Below are positions 9,665 through 17,987 of a DNA stretch of 64,000 nt, one piece after another; the first letter of the stretch is position 1; every line of letters begins with the position of its first letter. Position numbers and translations under genes: made by a program. Origin of the DNA: Candidatus Blautia stercorigallinarum (GTDB lineage Bacteria > Bacillota > Clostridia > Lachnospirales > Lachnospiraceae); the NCBI GenBank assembly GCA_019112785.1, contig DXIQ01000017.1, forward strand, positions 5,360 through 69,359. The letters are read 5' to 3'. The notes beneath the pieces are model-generated. The model saw only the letters and a list, made by a program, of their open reading frames with translations. It made no database searches and was not told the origin of the DNA.

Positions 9665-9890
9665 TCTTTCACCTGTCTCCCTTTCTGTTCTTTTTATCTT
9701 CCTGCCGGGATAAAAGGTCTTGTATAAGACTGCTCCTGATCTGTAAATCCGGAGCCTGGAAATCCTCCCGGCCTTCCGGCTTCCTAAAAAGCCCTAAATT
9801 TCCCCAAATTGTAAAAAGTGTATCATAACATACTGTTTTTTTCAACCTTTTTTACAGAATCCATTTCATAAAACTTTTTTTATTTTTTGC

Positions 9891-9919
9891 TTGACAATTT
9901 GAGACAAATCATTTAATAT
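9891..9919 (+). promoter_or_regulatory. promoter of tRNA-Leu copy 1
   Basis: Consensus TTGACA (9891-9896), 17-nt spacer, TAATAT (9914-9919). The tRNA starts about 40 nt downstream. Confidence 0.6.
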
Positions 9920-9959
9920 ATATTTTGCGCTTACGAAAACGCAAAACTTCATAAAAGAT

Positions 9960-10043
9960 GCAGGAGTGGCGGAATTGGCAGACGCGCAGGCTTCAGGTGC
10001 CTGTGGTAGCAATATCGTGTGGGTTCAAGTCCCATCTCCTGCA
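9960..10043 (+). tRNA. tRNA-Leu (anticodon CAG), type II with long variable arm; no encoded CCA
   Basis: Hand-folded cloverleaf. Acceptor GCAGGAG/CTCCTGC, anticodon stem CAGGC/GCCTG with loop TTCAGGT, long variable arm, T-loop TTCAAGT, discriminator A. Confidence 0.9.
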
Positions 10044-10049
10044 CGCAGG

Positions 10050-10084
10050 AAAACCTCAGATTAATATGTCTGAGGTTTTTTGTT
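10050..10084 (+). terminator. intrinsic terminator after tRNA-Leu copy 1
   Basis: aaacctcaga (10051-10060) / tctgaggttt (10069-10078), 8-nt loop, then a T-run. Confidence 0.75.
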
Positions 10085-10170
10085 TGCCGCCAAAGACTTA
10101 AGCTCTAAATCACAAATTTTCGCTTATATTCAGATTTTCGAAAATTATTAAAAAAATTTCAATTTTACTG

Positions 10171-10199
10171 TTGACAATCCATCTATTATCGTGTATTAT
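10171..10199 (+). promoter_or_regulatory. promoter of tRNA-Leu copy 2
   Basis: Consensus TTGACA (10171-10176), 17-nt spacer, TATTAT (10194-10199). Confidence 0.6.
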
Positions 10200-10239
10200 A
10201 TATTTCGTGCTCAGGAGCACACAATAAAATATCTGAAAT

Positions 10240-10323
10240 GCAGGAGTGGCGGAATTGGCAGACGCGCAGGCTTCAGGTGCCTGTGGTAGCAATATCGTGT
10301 GGGTTCAAGTCCCATCTCCTGCA
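10240..10323 (+). tRNA. tRNA-Leu (anticodon CAG), second identical copy
   Basis: The 84 nt are identical to 9960-10043 by direct comparison; the flanks differ. Confidence 0.9.
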
Positions 10324-10339
10324 TCTTTTTTTGTTCTTT

Positions 10340-10382
10340 ATCCGGTTGCGGAAGTAGTATCCTTCCTTAACCGGATTTTTTA
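10340..10382 (+). terminator. intrinsic terminator after tRNA-Leu copy 2
   Basis: atccggtt (10340-10347) / aaccggat (10369-10376) plus an inner ggaag/cttcc pair, then TTTTTT. Confidence 0.6.
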
Positions 10383-10449
10383 TTTCTATGGATCGGACAG
10401 GGAAATGCATTTCCTCTATCCGTTCTGTACGATACCAGACCATATCCCG

Positions 10450-10499
10450 TAAAAAAGAAACAGCCCGGAAACATATTTTCTCCAGGCTGTTTCTTTTTA
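10450..10499. terminator. hairpin terminator downstream of clpX (A/T runs on both sides)
   Basis: agaaacagcc (10456-10465) / ggctgtttct (10485-10494), flanked by AAAAAA and TTTTT. Confidence 0.6.
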
Positions 10500-10566
10500 T
10501 ATACTCTATCACAGATGTTCTTCCCTGATATGCTTCCGTATCCCGGCAGACAGAACTGTGATGTTT

Positions 10567-12033
10567 TTAATTTTCTTCCTGCATTTCCAGCTGAGGCAGC
10601 TCCTGCCCTCTCAGAAGGATCTTAGGCCCTCCTGTATGCTGGATATATTCTTTGGTAATGATCACTTCTCCGATACTGTCATCCTTCGGTATCTCATACA
10701 TGATATCCAGCATATATTCTTCCAGAATAGCTCTCAGGGCTCTGGCGCCGGTATGTTTCTCCATAGCCAGATCCGCGATAGCCTCCAGAGCGCCCTGTTC
10801 AAATTCCAGCTTTACTTCATCCATGGCCAGAAGCTTCTGATACTGTTTTAAAATAGCATTTTTCGGCTCTTTCAGGATTTCTACCAGCATATCTCTTGTA
10901 AGGCCCTTTAAAGCAAAGATCACAGGCAGACGACCCAGAAATTCCGGGATCATGCCGAATTTTCTCAGATCATCTACTGTCACTTTCTCCAGAAGGCTGT
11001 CGTCATGATCATATTTATCTTTCAGATCTGCCTGGAATCCGATAGAAGCCGTCTTATTCAAACGCTCCTTCACGATCTCCTCCAGATCCGGAAATGCGCC
11101 GCCGCAGATAAACAGAATATTTCTGGTATCTACTGTGGTCAGGGGAACCATGGCATTCTTACTGTTCGCCCCCACCGGGACCTCGATCTCGCTGCCTTCC
11201 AGAAGCTTCAGCATCCCCTGCTGGACCGCTTCCCCGCTGACATCTCTCTGATTGGTATTTTTCTTTTTGGCGATCTTATCAATTTCATCGATAAAAATAA
11301 TCCCGTGTTCCGCCTTCTCCACGTCATTGTCCGCAGCAGCCAAAAGCTTGCTGACTACGCTTTCAATGTCGTCTCCGATATATCCTGCTTCTGTAAGTGA
11401 GGTTGCGTCAGTAATTGCCAAAGGCACATCCAGCAGCCTGGCAAGTGTCTTTACCATATAGGTCTTGCCGCTTCCTGTGGGACCGATCATAAGCATATTG
11501 GATTTTTCAATCTCCACGTCATCATTATTCTCTGCAAATACCCGTTTATAATGATTATAGACAGCAACAGACATTACTTTTTTCGCGTGTTCCTGGCCGA
11601 TCACATATTCGTCCAGACTGGCTTTGATCTTATGAGGGGCCGGAATACTCTTGATATCAAACACTTTTGGAGCAACTTTTTCCTTCGGCTTCTCCTGTTT
11701 CTTTTTTACTTTCTGTCTATTGGGAATCTGATTCTGAAGGGAACTTAGATCGATCATACTGATATTAGGCATATTGGGGATATTCTTCATCAGCTCATCA
11801 TAATCGATATTGCTGTTATTCATAGTGTCAAAGCTTCGCTGCATACAGTCTGTGCAGATATGGATATTATTGGGAAGATCGATCATCTTTCCGGCTTTGC
11901 TCTCCGGCCGTCTGCACATGAAGCATATTTTTTCATAAGTATCTTTATCTTCCTTATCAGAAGAAGTGTTTTCTAAATATTCTTTATCATCTGACATATC
12001 CGTTCTCTCTCTTTCTTCTATCAAATCTATCAT
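10567..12033 (-). CDS. clpX: ATP-dependent Clp protease ATP-binding subunit ClpX
   Basis: C4 zinc-binding domain (CFMCRR...CTDCMQ), Walker A GPTGSGKT, Walker B IIFIDEIDK, and the VGF-containing pore-loop/sensor regions. The start could instead be ATG 11997 (MSDDKE...), which has the only purine-rich upstream sequence. Confidence 0.95.
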   Translation of the reverse strand: MIDLIEERERTDMSDDKEYLENTSSDKEDKDTYEKICFMCRRPESKAGKMIDLPNNIHICTDCMQRSFDTMNNSNIDYDELMKNIPNMPNISMIDLSSLQNQIPNRQKVKKKQEKPKEKVAPKVFDIKSIPAPHKIKASLDEYVIGQEHAKKVMSVAVYNHYKRVFAENNDDVEIEKSNMLMIGPTGSGKTYMVKTLARLLDVPLAITDATSLTEAGYIGDDIESVVSKLLAAADNDVEKAEHGIIFIDEIDKIAKKKNTNQRDVSGEAVQQGMLKLLEGSEIEVPVGANSKNAMVPLTTVDTRNILFICGGAFPDLEEIVKERLNKTASIGFQADLKDKYDHDDSLLEKVTVDDLRKFGMIPEFLGRLPVIFALKGLTRDMLVEILKEPKNAILKQYQKLLAMDEVKLEFEQGALEAIADLAMEKHTGARALRAILEEYMLDIMYEIPKDDSIGEVIITKEYIQHTGGPKILLRGQELPQLEMQEEN

Positions 12034-12105
12034 AGGATTTAAACTATTTGACTCCAGTATCTTATCATAAATCTAAAACAGGAACAAGTAAACTTTTTAT
12101 AAATA

Positions 12106-12160
12106 GGAGCAGGCAGCGCCCTGGAACCCTGTCTGTTCCGGCCGCCGCCTGCTCCTTTTT
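12106..12160. terminator. GC-rich hairpin between htrA-like and clpX (probable terminator)
   Basis: ggagcaggc (12106-12114) / gcctgctcc (12147-12155) with an inner ggaac/gttcc pair. The clean T-run (12156-12160) is on the plus-strand side only, so function for the minus-strand genes is uncertain. Confidence 0.4.
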
Positions 12161-12185
12161 CTATTATATGAGTCTTTGTTTTTCT

Positions 12186-13877
12186 TTATTTCCCGCTCTG
12201 GGAAGAACTCTGAGCATCACTTTTTGCTCCCAGAGTGACCGTTACGGTCTGTTCCTTATACTGACCGCCTTCAGCCCTGGCCACAACAACCTCTACCTGT
12301 TCTCCTGCCTTATAATAAGCCAGCTGGTTTGTAAGATTCTCATAGGTCTGTACTGTAGTACCGTCAAATTTCTGGATGATATCGCCTGTCTGGATACCTG
12401 CCTGATCTGCAGGACCGCCTTCTTCTACGTCACGGACGAAAACGCCAACCGGCATATTGTACATTTCCTCTGTATTGCTGGATACATCCAGACATGTGAT
12501 TCCCAGATAAGCTGCCTGGCTTTCGTCTTCTACCTTCTGTCTTGTCTCTTTACTCATCAGCTCTTCCAGGATGGGTTCTGCACGGCTGATAGGAATCGCA
12601 AATCCCATACCTTCTACACTATCGGAAGCAATCTTGGAAGAGTTAATACCTACAACTTCTCCATTCATATTTAACAGAGCTCCGCCGCTGTTTCCAGGAT
12701 TGATAGCTGCGTCTGTCTGGATAAAAGTACCGTTTACATCATCGGAACTTACCTGCTTATTCAATGCGCTGACATAACCGGATGTTACAGATTGGCCGTA
12801 ACCAAGAGCATTTCCGATGGCTACCACCTGTTCTCCGACTACAAGATCATCAGAACTTCCCAAGTTTGCCACTTTGATCTCATTGCGGACATCCTCCGGT
12901 ATATCAGATATGTTTACAGAAACTACTGCAAGGTCATTGTCCACATCAGTTCCTTTTACCTGAGCAGAAACTGCTGTTCCGCCATCTAAGTCTGTGCTTT
13001 CGTCTTCATCAGTACTGGTATTTGTCACATCATTTGAAGAACTTGCTGCAGTACCGTCCTGATTTGTAAAACATACGCTAAGGCTGTCTGCCCCTTCTAC
13101 CACATGATTATTGGTTGCGATCAGAAGTTCTGAATCATTCTGTCCCACGATAATACCGGATCCGCTGCTCTCCTGTTCCTGGGTCTGGCCTTCCCCGCCG
13201 AATCCAAAAAAGTATCCGTAGTAATTAGGAATCTCCTGTACGCTGACACTTGTGATCGCCACGATAGATGGCATAACATTGGCTGCCACCTGAGAAACAG
13301 TTCCCTGTCCGGAGGATCCGTTATCAGAGGAAGCATTGCTGCTGTCTGTATTAGCAAGCTGAGCCTGGGCGATCTGTGTAGTCTCTTCCGGCATCAGCCG
13401 GCCTCCCACATAATTTACTCCCTGGAATACAACGCCTGCCACTAATCCGAATACTGCCGCGCAGGCCGCTGCAAATCCCAGTTTTCTTACTGTGCCGGAA
13501 CCATTTCCTTTTTTCTTCTTTTCTTTCTTCTCCGGAGGTATGGGAGAAGCGAACTGGTAAGAACTGTATTTATTTCTTTCTGTTTCCTTTTTTTCCTTCT
13601 CAGGACCGGCTGTGGACTTTTCTGTAAAGCCGGTGCCGCTTTCCTGCCTTGGTTCGGAAGCTTTCCGGTAAGTATGGGCATAATAAGGATTCTCCTCGCT
13701 GGGGGCCTCCTGAGGTTCCTGGGAGGTCTCCCGGGACTCTTCTGTTTTCTTCTCGTTCTCCTCAGAACTTCTCATAACAAAAGAATCACCCTGTGTATAA
13801 GATCCATCATTGGAATGCTCCATTCCTTTTTCCGGTTCACTGCCTGTATCATTTATATTCTTAAACTCATCGCTCAT
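12186..13877 (-). CDS. HtrA/DegP-family (S1C) serine protease with C-terminal PDZ domain and a long low-complexity cytoplasmic N-terminus
   Basis: Track ORF starts at GTG 13898; ATG 13877 (MSDEFKN) follows GAGGAAAGGA. Motifs NNHVV (His), DLAV (Asp) and GNSGGAL (Ser), one TM helix, then a PDZ-like tail. Confidence 0.9.
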   Translation of the reverse strand: MSDEFKNINDTGSEPEKGMEHSNDGSYTQGDSFVMRSSEENEKKTEESRETSQEPQEAPSEENPYYAHTYRKASEPRQESGTGFTEKSTAGPEKEKKETERNKYSSYQFASPIPPEKKEKKKKGNGSGTVRKLGFAAACAAVFGLVAGVVFQGVNYVGGRLMPEETTQIAQAQLANTDSSNASSDNGSSGQGTVSQVAANVMPSIVAITSVSVQEIPNYYGYFFGFGGEGQTQEQESSGSGIIVGQNDSELLIATNNHVVEGADSLSVCFTNQDGTAASSSNDVTNTSTDEDESTDLDGGTAVSAQVKGTDVDNDLAVVSVNISDIPEDVRNEIKVANLGSSDDLVVGEQVVAIGNALGYGQSVTSGYVSALNKQVSSDDVNGTFIQTDAAINPGNSGGALLNMNGEVVGINSSKIASDSVEGMGFAIPISRAEPILEELMSKETRQKVEDESQAAYLGITCLDVSSNTEEMYNMPVGVFVRDVEEGGPADQAGIQTGDIIQKFDGTTVQTYENLTNQLAYYKAGEQVEVVVARAEGGQYKEQTVTVTLGAKSDAQSSSQSGK

Positions 13878-13975
13878 ATTGATTCTTCCTTTCCTCACTC
13901 TTTTTCTTTTACATGACTTAGTCTACCAATCAATTGTGTTCAAATTGTGATGAAAAAACAAAGAAAAAGTGAACA

Positions 13976-14893
13976 TCAATTTCTGTTTTCCCAATAGCCG
14001 GCATTCATGGTACATTTTGCGATCAGGATCTTTGGAAGTCTCTTATAGCTTTTTCCCAGCCGGTACCCCAGAAATTTAAAGCCGCTGCTCATCACAAGAG
14101 AAGGGATCAGCCAGAATTTTCCTTTCTTCATCAGATAGGCCGCTGTGCTTTTTACCAGCCGCAGCCCCTCTCCTTCTGAAGGAACCCCTTTAAAGATTTC
14201 CGGATGGTCTGCCTGAGATACTGCCAGATCAAAATTTCTCCGGAACTGCTGCCGCCAGGTGTAATTATGGGAATGGATCACTCTGGCATCTGCCGCATAA
14301 AAAACAGCGTAGCCTTTTTTTATCATATTTCCGGCCATGACCATATCTTCATTAAAAATAGCAGGGAAGGAAAACCCACCCATTTCTTCATAAATACTTT
14401 TCCGGTACGCGGCACATACATTAGAACAGAAAAAAGTTTTGATACCCAGTGCTGGAAGATCCGCCTTTGTCTTTTTCCTGCTCGTTCCGGGATAATTAAA
14501 GGAACGGGTATAGCTTTCGATCAGGCGGCAGTCTTTGTCCGGAAGCTGTCTGCCGTAAACAGCTCCGATCTGAGGATCCCTGAAAGGCTTCAGCAGATAT
14601 TCCAGAGTATGATCATCTGCCGGCACCGCATCCTGGGTAAAATAAACCAGGAATTCACTATCTGTCATCTCCGCCGCCAAAGCCCTGGTTTTTCCATGGT
14701 CAAATTCAGCCTTGGTAATATGAAACACTTCCGCACCTTTTACTCCGTTGAGCATAGAATCCTTCCAAAACTTTTTCTCCGTATTCATGATGATAACCTT
14801 ATCCGGCAAAAGTGTCTGCTTTTTCAGACTTTCCATCAGTCTGGAAAACTTTTCTCCCGGTTTATATGCGGGCACTATCACAGTAACACTCAT
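13976..14893 (-). CDS. glycosyltransferase family 2 (rhamnosyltransferase-like)
   Basis: 305 aa. N-terminal VIVPAYKPG GT-A signature, and DAV/NEDM acidic motifs. Confidence 0.8.
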   Translation of the reverse strand: MSVTVIVPAYKPGEKFSRLMESLKKQTLLPDKVIIMNTEKKFWKDSMLNGVKGAEVFHITKAEFDHGKTRALAAEMTDSEFLVYFTQDAVPADDHTLEYLLKPFRDPQIGAVYGRQLPDKDCRLIESYTRSFNYPGTSRKKTKADLPALGIKTFFCSNVCAAYRKSIYEEMGGFSFPAIFNEDMVMAGNMIKKGYAVFYAADARVIHSHNYTWRQQFRRNFDLAVSQADHPEIFKGVPSEGEGLRLVKSTAAYLMKKGKFWLIPSLVMSSGFKFLGYRLGKSYKRLPKILIAKCTMNAGYWENRN

Positions 14894-14955
14894 AAACTTT
14901 CTCCTTTAAAACGCTTTCCCTCTCCGTCCGTTGCCCGTCGGATGCCCCCTCGTGT

Positions 14956-14998
14956 AAAAAGAACAGGAAGCATACTGAAACAGCTTCCTGTTCTTTTA
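14956..14998. terminator. bidirectional-looking intrinsic terminator after the LCP gene
   Basis: agaacaggaagc (14960-14971) / gcttcctgttct (14983-14994), perfect 12 bp, flanked by A- and T-runs. Confidence 0.65.
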
Positions 14999-15054
14999 AA
15001 GGGAACGTCAGTCTTTCTTTTTCCTGTCTGACGCGCAATGAGACTCACTCCTGC

Positions 15055-16329
15055 CTAATATGCTTCGTCTTCTATATCATAACTGCCTTCATCTTCCATA
15101 TCATAATCATAGCTGTCTTCTGATGTATCTCCGCCGCTGCTGTCTGAACTGTCACTGTACCCTTCGGAAGAATCATTGTCATCCAGAAGATATTTTCTCT
15201 CATCTGCCACATAGCTTTCTCCGAGTCCGGTACGGTCCACAATAAAATCGCTGCGCACAATTACTGTTTCAGAAGGCTGGTAGTCCTCATCTGAGAATAA
15301 GAATTCATGGAGATATTTCACATTTGTCTCCAACGTAGTGGGAATGATGCAATCCAGTCCGGTAACCGGCTCCGTCTGGTCTGCTCCCATTACATAATCC
15401 ACAGGGAATCCTGTATTTTCTCCCATATTATAGTCCAGGATACTCGTTCCCAATTTGATCAGCTCTGATTTGGAAAAATTCGTCTGGATAAGAGGGAAAA
15501 CCTTGTCTACGATCTTGCTGAGAGTACCAAAGCTTGCGGATTTTGCTTTATCTGCCAGCATATCCAGGACTAACCGCTGTCTCTCCGTTCTCCCCTGGTC
15601 TCCGGAAGCAGTCTGCCGGATACGGCAGTAAGCTGTGACCTGTACGCCGTTCAGATGATATGTCCCTATGATCTTTGACTGATCTTCAGGAGCCGGATCC
15701 GGTTTTTCGATAGGTGTATAATCCAGCCCCGTCTGTTCAGATGTTTCTACACAATGATTGTTCATATGTTCAATCTCTTCATAGGACATCGGAATATCCA
15801 GGCCTCCCAGACAGTCCACCACCGTAGCCATAGCGCTGAAATTCACAGAAACATAATTCTGGATATCCAGATCCATATTCGTGTTTATCATATTGATCGC
15901 CTGGACCGGGCCTCCACGAAGATACGCAGAATTACATTTACTGTAAATACCGTTTCCATCTTGATCTTCATCTACCCGCATATAGGTGTCCCGGTAAAGG
16001 GATACCAGCCGCACTTCCTTGGTATCGTTGTTGATACTGGCTATGATAGCAGTATCACTGTTGCCGTAAAGTCCTTCATCTTCCGTCCGTTTATCCACAC
16101 CGAACAATGCAATATTGGTGTAGCCGCTGAGGACTTCACTTCCTGCTACTGTCTTATTGATCTGTACCTCCTGGTCATCCTGTGCCTGCGTAAAATCCAG
16201 CTTATCCATTCTCTTGTTGATCTGGGTATAAAGAAACAGAACTCCTACCAGCAGGACCAGTACAAGAATCTCAAATCCGAAAAGGATCTTTCTCCCCAGG
16301 CGTCTTTTCTTTTTTTTCATCTTAGACAT
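15055..16329 (-). CDS. LCP (LytR-CpsA-Psr) family glycopolymer-peptidoglycan ligase with an acidic Ser/Asp/Glu-rich C-terminal tail
   Basis: N-terminal TM helix, then LFGVDKR...SDTAIIASIN...VSLYRDTY, typical of the LCP domain. AAAGGGGAG lies upstream of the ATG. Confidence 0.9.
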   Translation of the reverse strand: MSKMKKKKRRLGRKILFGFEILVLVLLVGVLFLYTQINKRMDKLDFTQAQDDQEVQINKTVAGSEVLSGYTNIALFGVDKRTEDEGLYGNSDTAIIASINNDTKEVRLVSLYRDTYMRVDEDQDGNGIYSKCNSAYLRGGPVQAINMINTNMDLDIQNYVSVNFSAMATVVDCLGGLDIPMSYEEIEHMNNHCVETSEQTGLDYTPIEKPDPAPEDQSKIIGTYHLNGVQVTAYCRIRQTASGDQGRTERQRLVLDMLADKAKSASFGTLSKIVDKVFPLIQTNFSKSELIKLGTSILDYNMGENTGFPVDYVMGADQTEPVTGLDCIIPTTLETNVKYLHEFLFSDEDYQPSETVIVRSDFIVDRTGLGESYVADERKYLLDDNDSSEGYSDSSDSSGGDTSEDSYDYDMEDEGSYDIEDEAY

Positions 16330-16347
16330 ATTCGCTCCCCTTTATCC

Positions 16348-17745
16348 TTAATAAGCGTTTTTATTTACAAATCCTTTAAAAATCGTCAGGAACAAAATCT
16401 TGATATCTAGTCCCAGTGTCCAGTTCTCAATGTAATAAAGATCGTATTCAATCCTTTTTCTGATAGATGTATTTCCTCTGTAGCCATTGACTTGAGCCCA
16501 GCCTGTGATCCCCGGGCGTACCTGATGCTTGATCATATACCGGGGGATCTCCTCCTTGAATTTTTCCACAAAGAAAGGTCTCTCCGGTCTGGGGCCCACA
16601 AGGCTCATCTCCCCTTTCAGCACATTAAAAAGCTGGGGAAGTTCATCGATACTGGTCTTTCTCATGAATTTTCCAAATCCGGTAACTCTGGGATCATCCT
16701 TTACTGTCCATCTGGTCTTCTCTTTTTCAGGAGCCTGAACCTCCATGGAACGAAATTTGTACATCATAAAAGGCCGATTATGCAGCCCTACCCGTTCCTG
16801 CTTAAAGATCAGAGGCCCGGGTGATGTAAGCTTTATCATGATCACAGAAAAAAGCATCACCGGCGAGAAGATCACAATGGCACATACCGATCCCACAATA
16901 TCCATAAGTCTCTTCAAAAAAGCATAATAGGTGTTCGTCAGAGGCACATGCCTTATATTGATCACCGGAAGTCCCAGGATATCCTCTGTATATGGCTTTG
17001 TAGGTATAACTCTATTATAATCCGGAATAAACTTTGTATGCACCCCGGATTTCTCACAGAGTGCCACGATCTCTTCCAGACGGTAATATTCATTCAGCCC
17101 CAGAGTAATGGCAATCTCATCCAGACGGTTCTGAGGAAGGATCACCATAAGGTTTGCGATCCTTCCCAGGACCTTTACACCTTTATATTCTGTTCCGGCT
17201 TCCACATGATCATCCAGAATTCCCCGTATCTTATATCCCCATTGGGGATTGGCTATGATCCGGTCGATATATTCTTCCGCCGCATGACTATACCCCACAA
17301 GAAGGATATGCTTCAGATTATAGCCCTTTTTCCTCATACTTCTGAGAAAATACCGGATCAGATTCCGCAGTCCGGTTTCCAGAAGGACATTTACAAAATA
17401 AAAAATCGCCAGCAGTTCTCTGGAAAAATGCATCATCTTTATCAGATACAATACCCCCAGAATCAACGCGATTCCTACGGTATTCGCTTTGATAATGTTC
17501 CACATTTCCAGCCGTCTTCCCTGCACCCGCTTAGGAGTATACAGGCTGAACAGATAATACAGCAGCAGATATACCGGTACAATCGGCAGTATTGCCGCCG
17601 CATAGATCCTGAAAGGAAGTGCTCCCACACTCCCATCCAGAAACAGAAATTTAATCATCCATGCAATAAAGTAGGCGATTATGATCACAAAAGCATCCAG
17701 TGCCACATGCAGGCGGTTAAAATGCTTTTGGTTTTCTTTAATCAA
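16348..17745 (-). CDS. polytopic polyprenyl-phosphate sugar-1-phosphate transferase (WcaJ/EpsL/CpsE type initiating enzyme)
   Basis: 465 aa. N-terminal TM bundle, Rossmann-like middle part, and a C-terminal bacterial sugar transferase domain (MSLVGPRPERP, PGITGWAQVNGYRG). The track start is TTG 17745, preceded by GAGGGTG. Confidence 0.9.
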   Translation of the reverse strand: MIKENQKHFNRLHVALDAFVIIIAYFIAWMIKFLFLDGSVGALPFRIYAAAILPIVPVYLLLYYLFSLYTPKRVQGRRLEMWNIIKANTVGIALILGVLYLIKMMHFSRELLAIFYFVNVLLETGLRNLIRYFLRSMRKKGYNLKHILLVGYSHAAEEYIDRIIANPQWGYKIRGILDDHVEAGTEYKGVKVLGRIANLMVILPQNRLDEIAITLGLNEYYRLEEIVALCEKSGVHTKFIPDYNRVIPTKPYTEDILGLPVINIRHVPLTNTYYAFLKRLMDIVGSVCAIVIFSPVMLFSVIMIKLTSPGPLIFKQERVGLHNRPFMMYKFRSMEVQAPEKEKTRWTVKDDPRVTGFGKFMRKTSIDELPQLFNVLKGEMSLVGPRPERPFFVEKFKEEIPRYMIKHQVRPGITGWAQVNGYRGNTSIRKRIEYDLYYIENWTLGLDIKILFLTIFKGFVNKNAY

Positions 17746-17796
17746 GGTCTTATCACCCTCTGCTCAAACATGTAACACATGTAATATTTTCTTAAT

Positions 17797-17825
17797 AATA
17801 TATCATACTTCTACTTAGAACGCAA
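17797..17825 (-). promoter_or_regulatory. possible internal promoter for the sugar-phosphotransferase/LCP genes
   Basis: On the minus strand: TTGCGT (17825-17820), 17-nt spacer, TATATT (17802-17797). Confidence 0.35.
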
Positions 17826-17836
17826 TAATCTTATTT

Positions 17837-17883
17837 ATTCCCGCGAGCAACGAGCCAAGCGGACATGCCAGAATGTCCATTTG
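17837..17883 (+). repeat. copy 2 of the 47-nt hairpin-containing intergenic repeat
   Basis: ATTCCCGCGAGCAACGAGCCAAGCGGACATGCCAGAATGTCCATTTG; see copy 1 at 3096-3142. Confidence 0.5.
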
Positions 17884-17987
17884 GCGACTGCCGCCAGGGT
17901 CTGATACCAAGGTCAGAAGGTCTATACCCGCTACACGTAACATGGAGCAATCCCAGGTATCATATCCGGGGGCTTTTGCCCCTAATA

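Noticed and set aside
10273-10512. 79-aa minus-strand ORF and 68-aa plus-strand ORF (10246..10452)
   Set aside because: Both run through the second tRNA-Leu gene and its terminator, so they are not credible coding sequences.
17888-17895. ops-like octamer: the minus strand reads GGCGGCAG, against the proteobacterial ops core GGCGGTAG
   Set aside because: It has one mismatch, and an 8-mer is expected by chance in 64 kb. RfaH/ops is a proteobacterial system, and no NusG paralogue (RfaH/LoaP/UpxY-like) is encoded in the window. I mention it only as context for the spacer finding.
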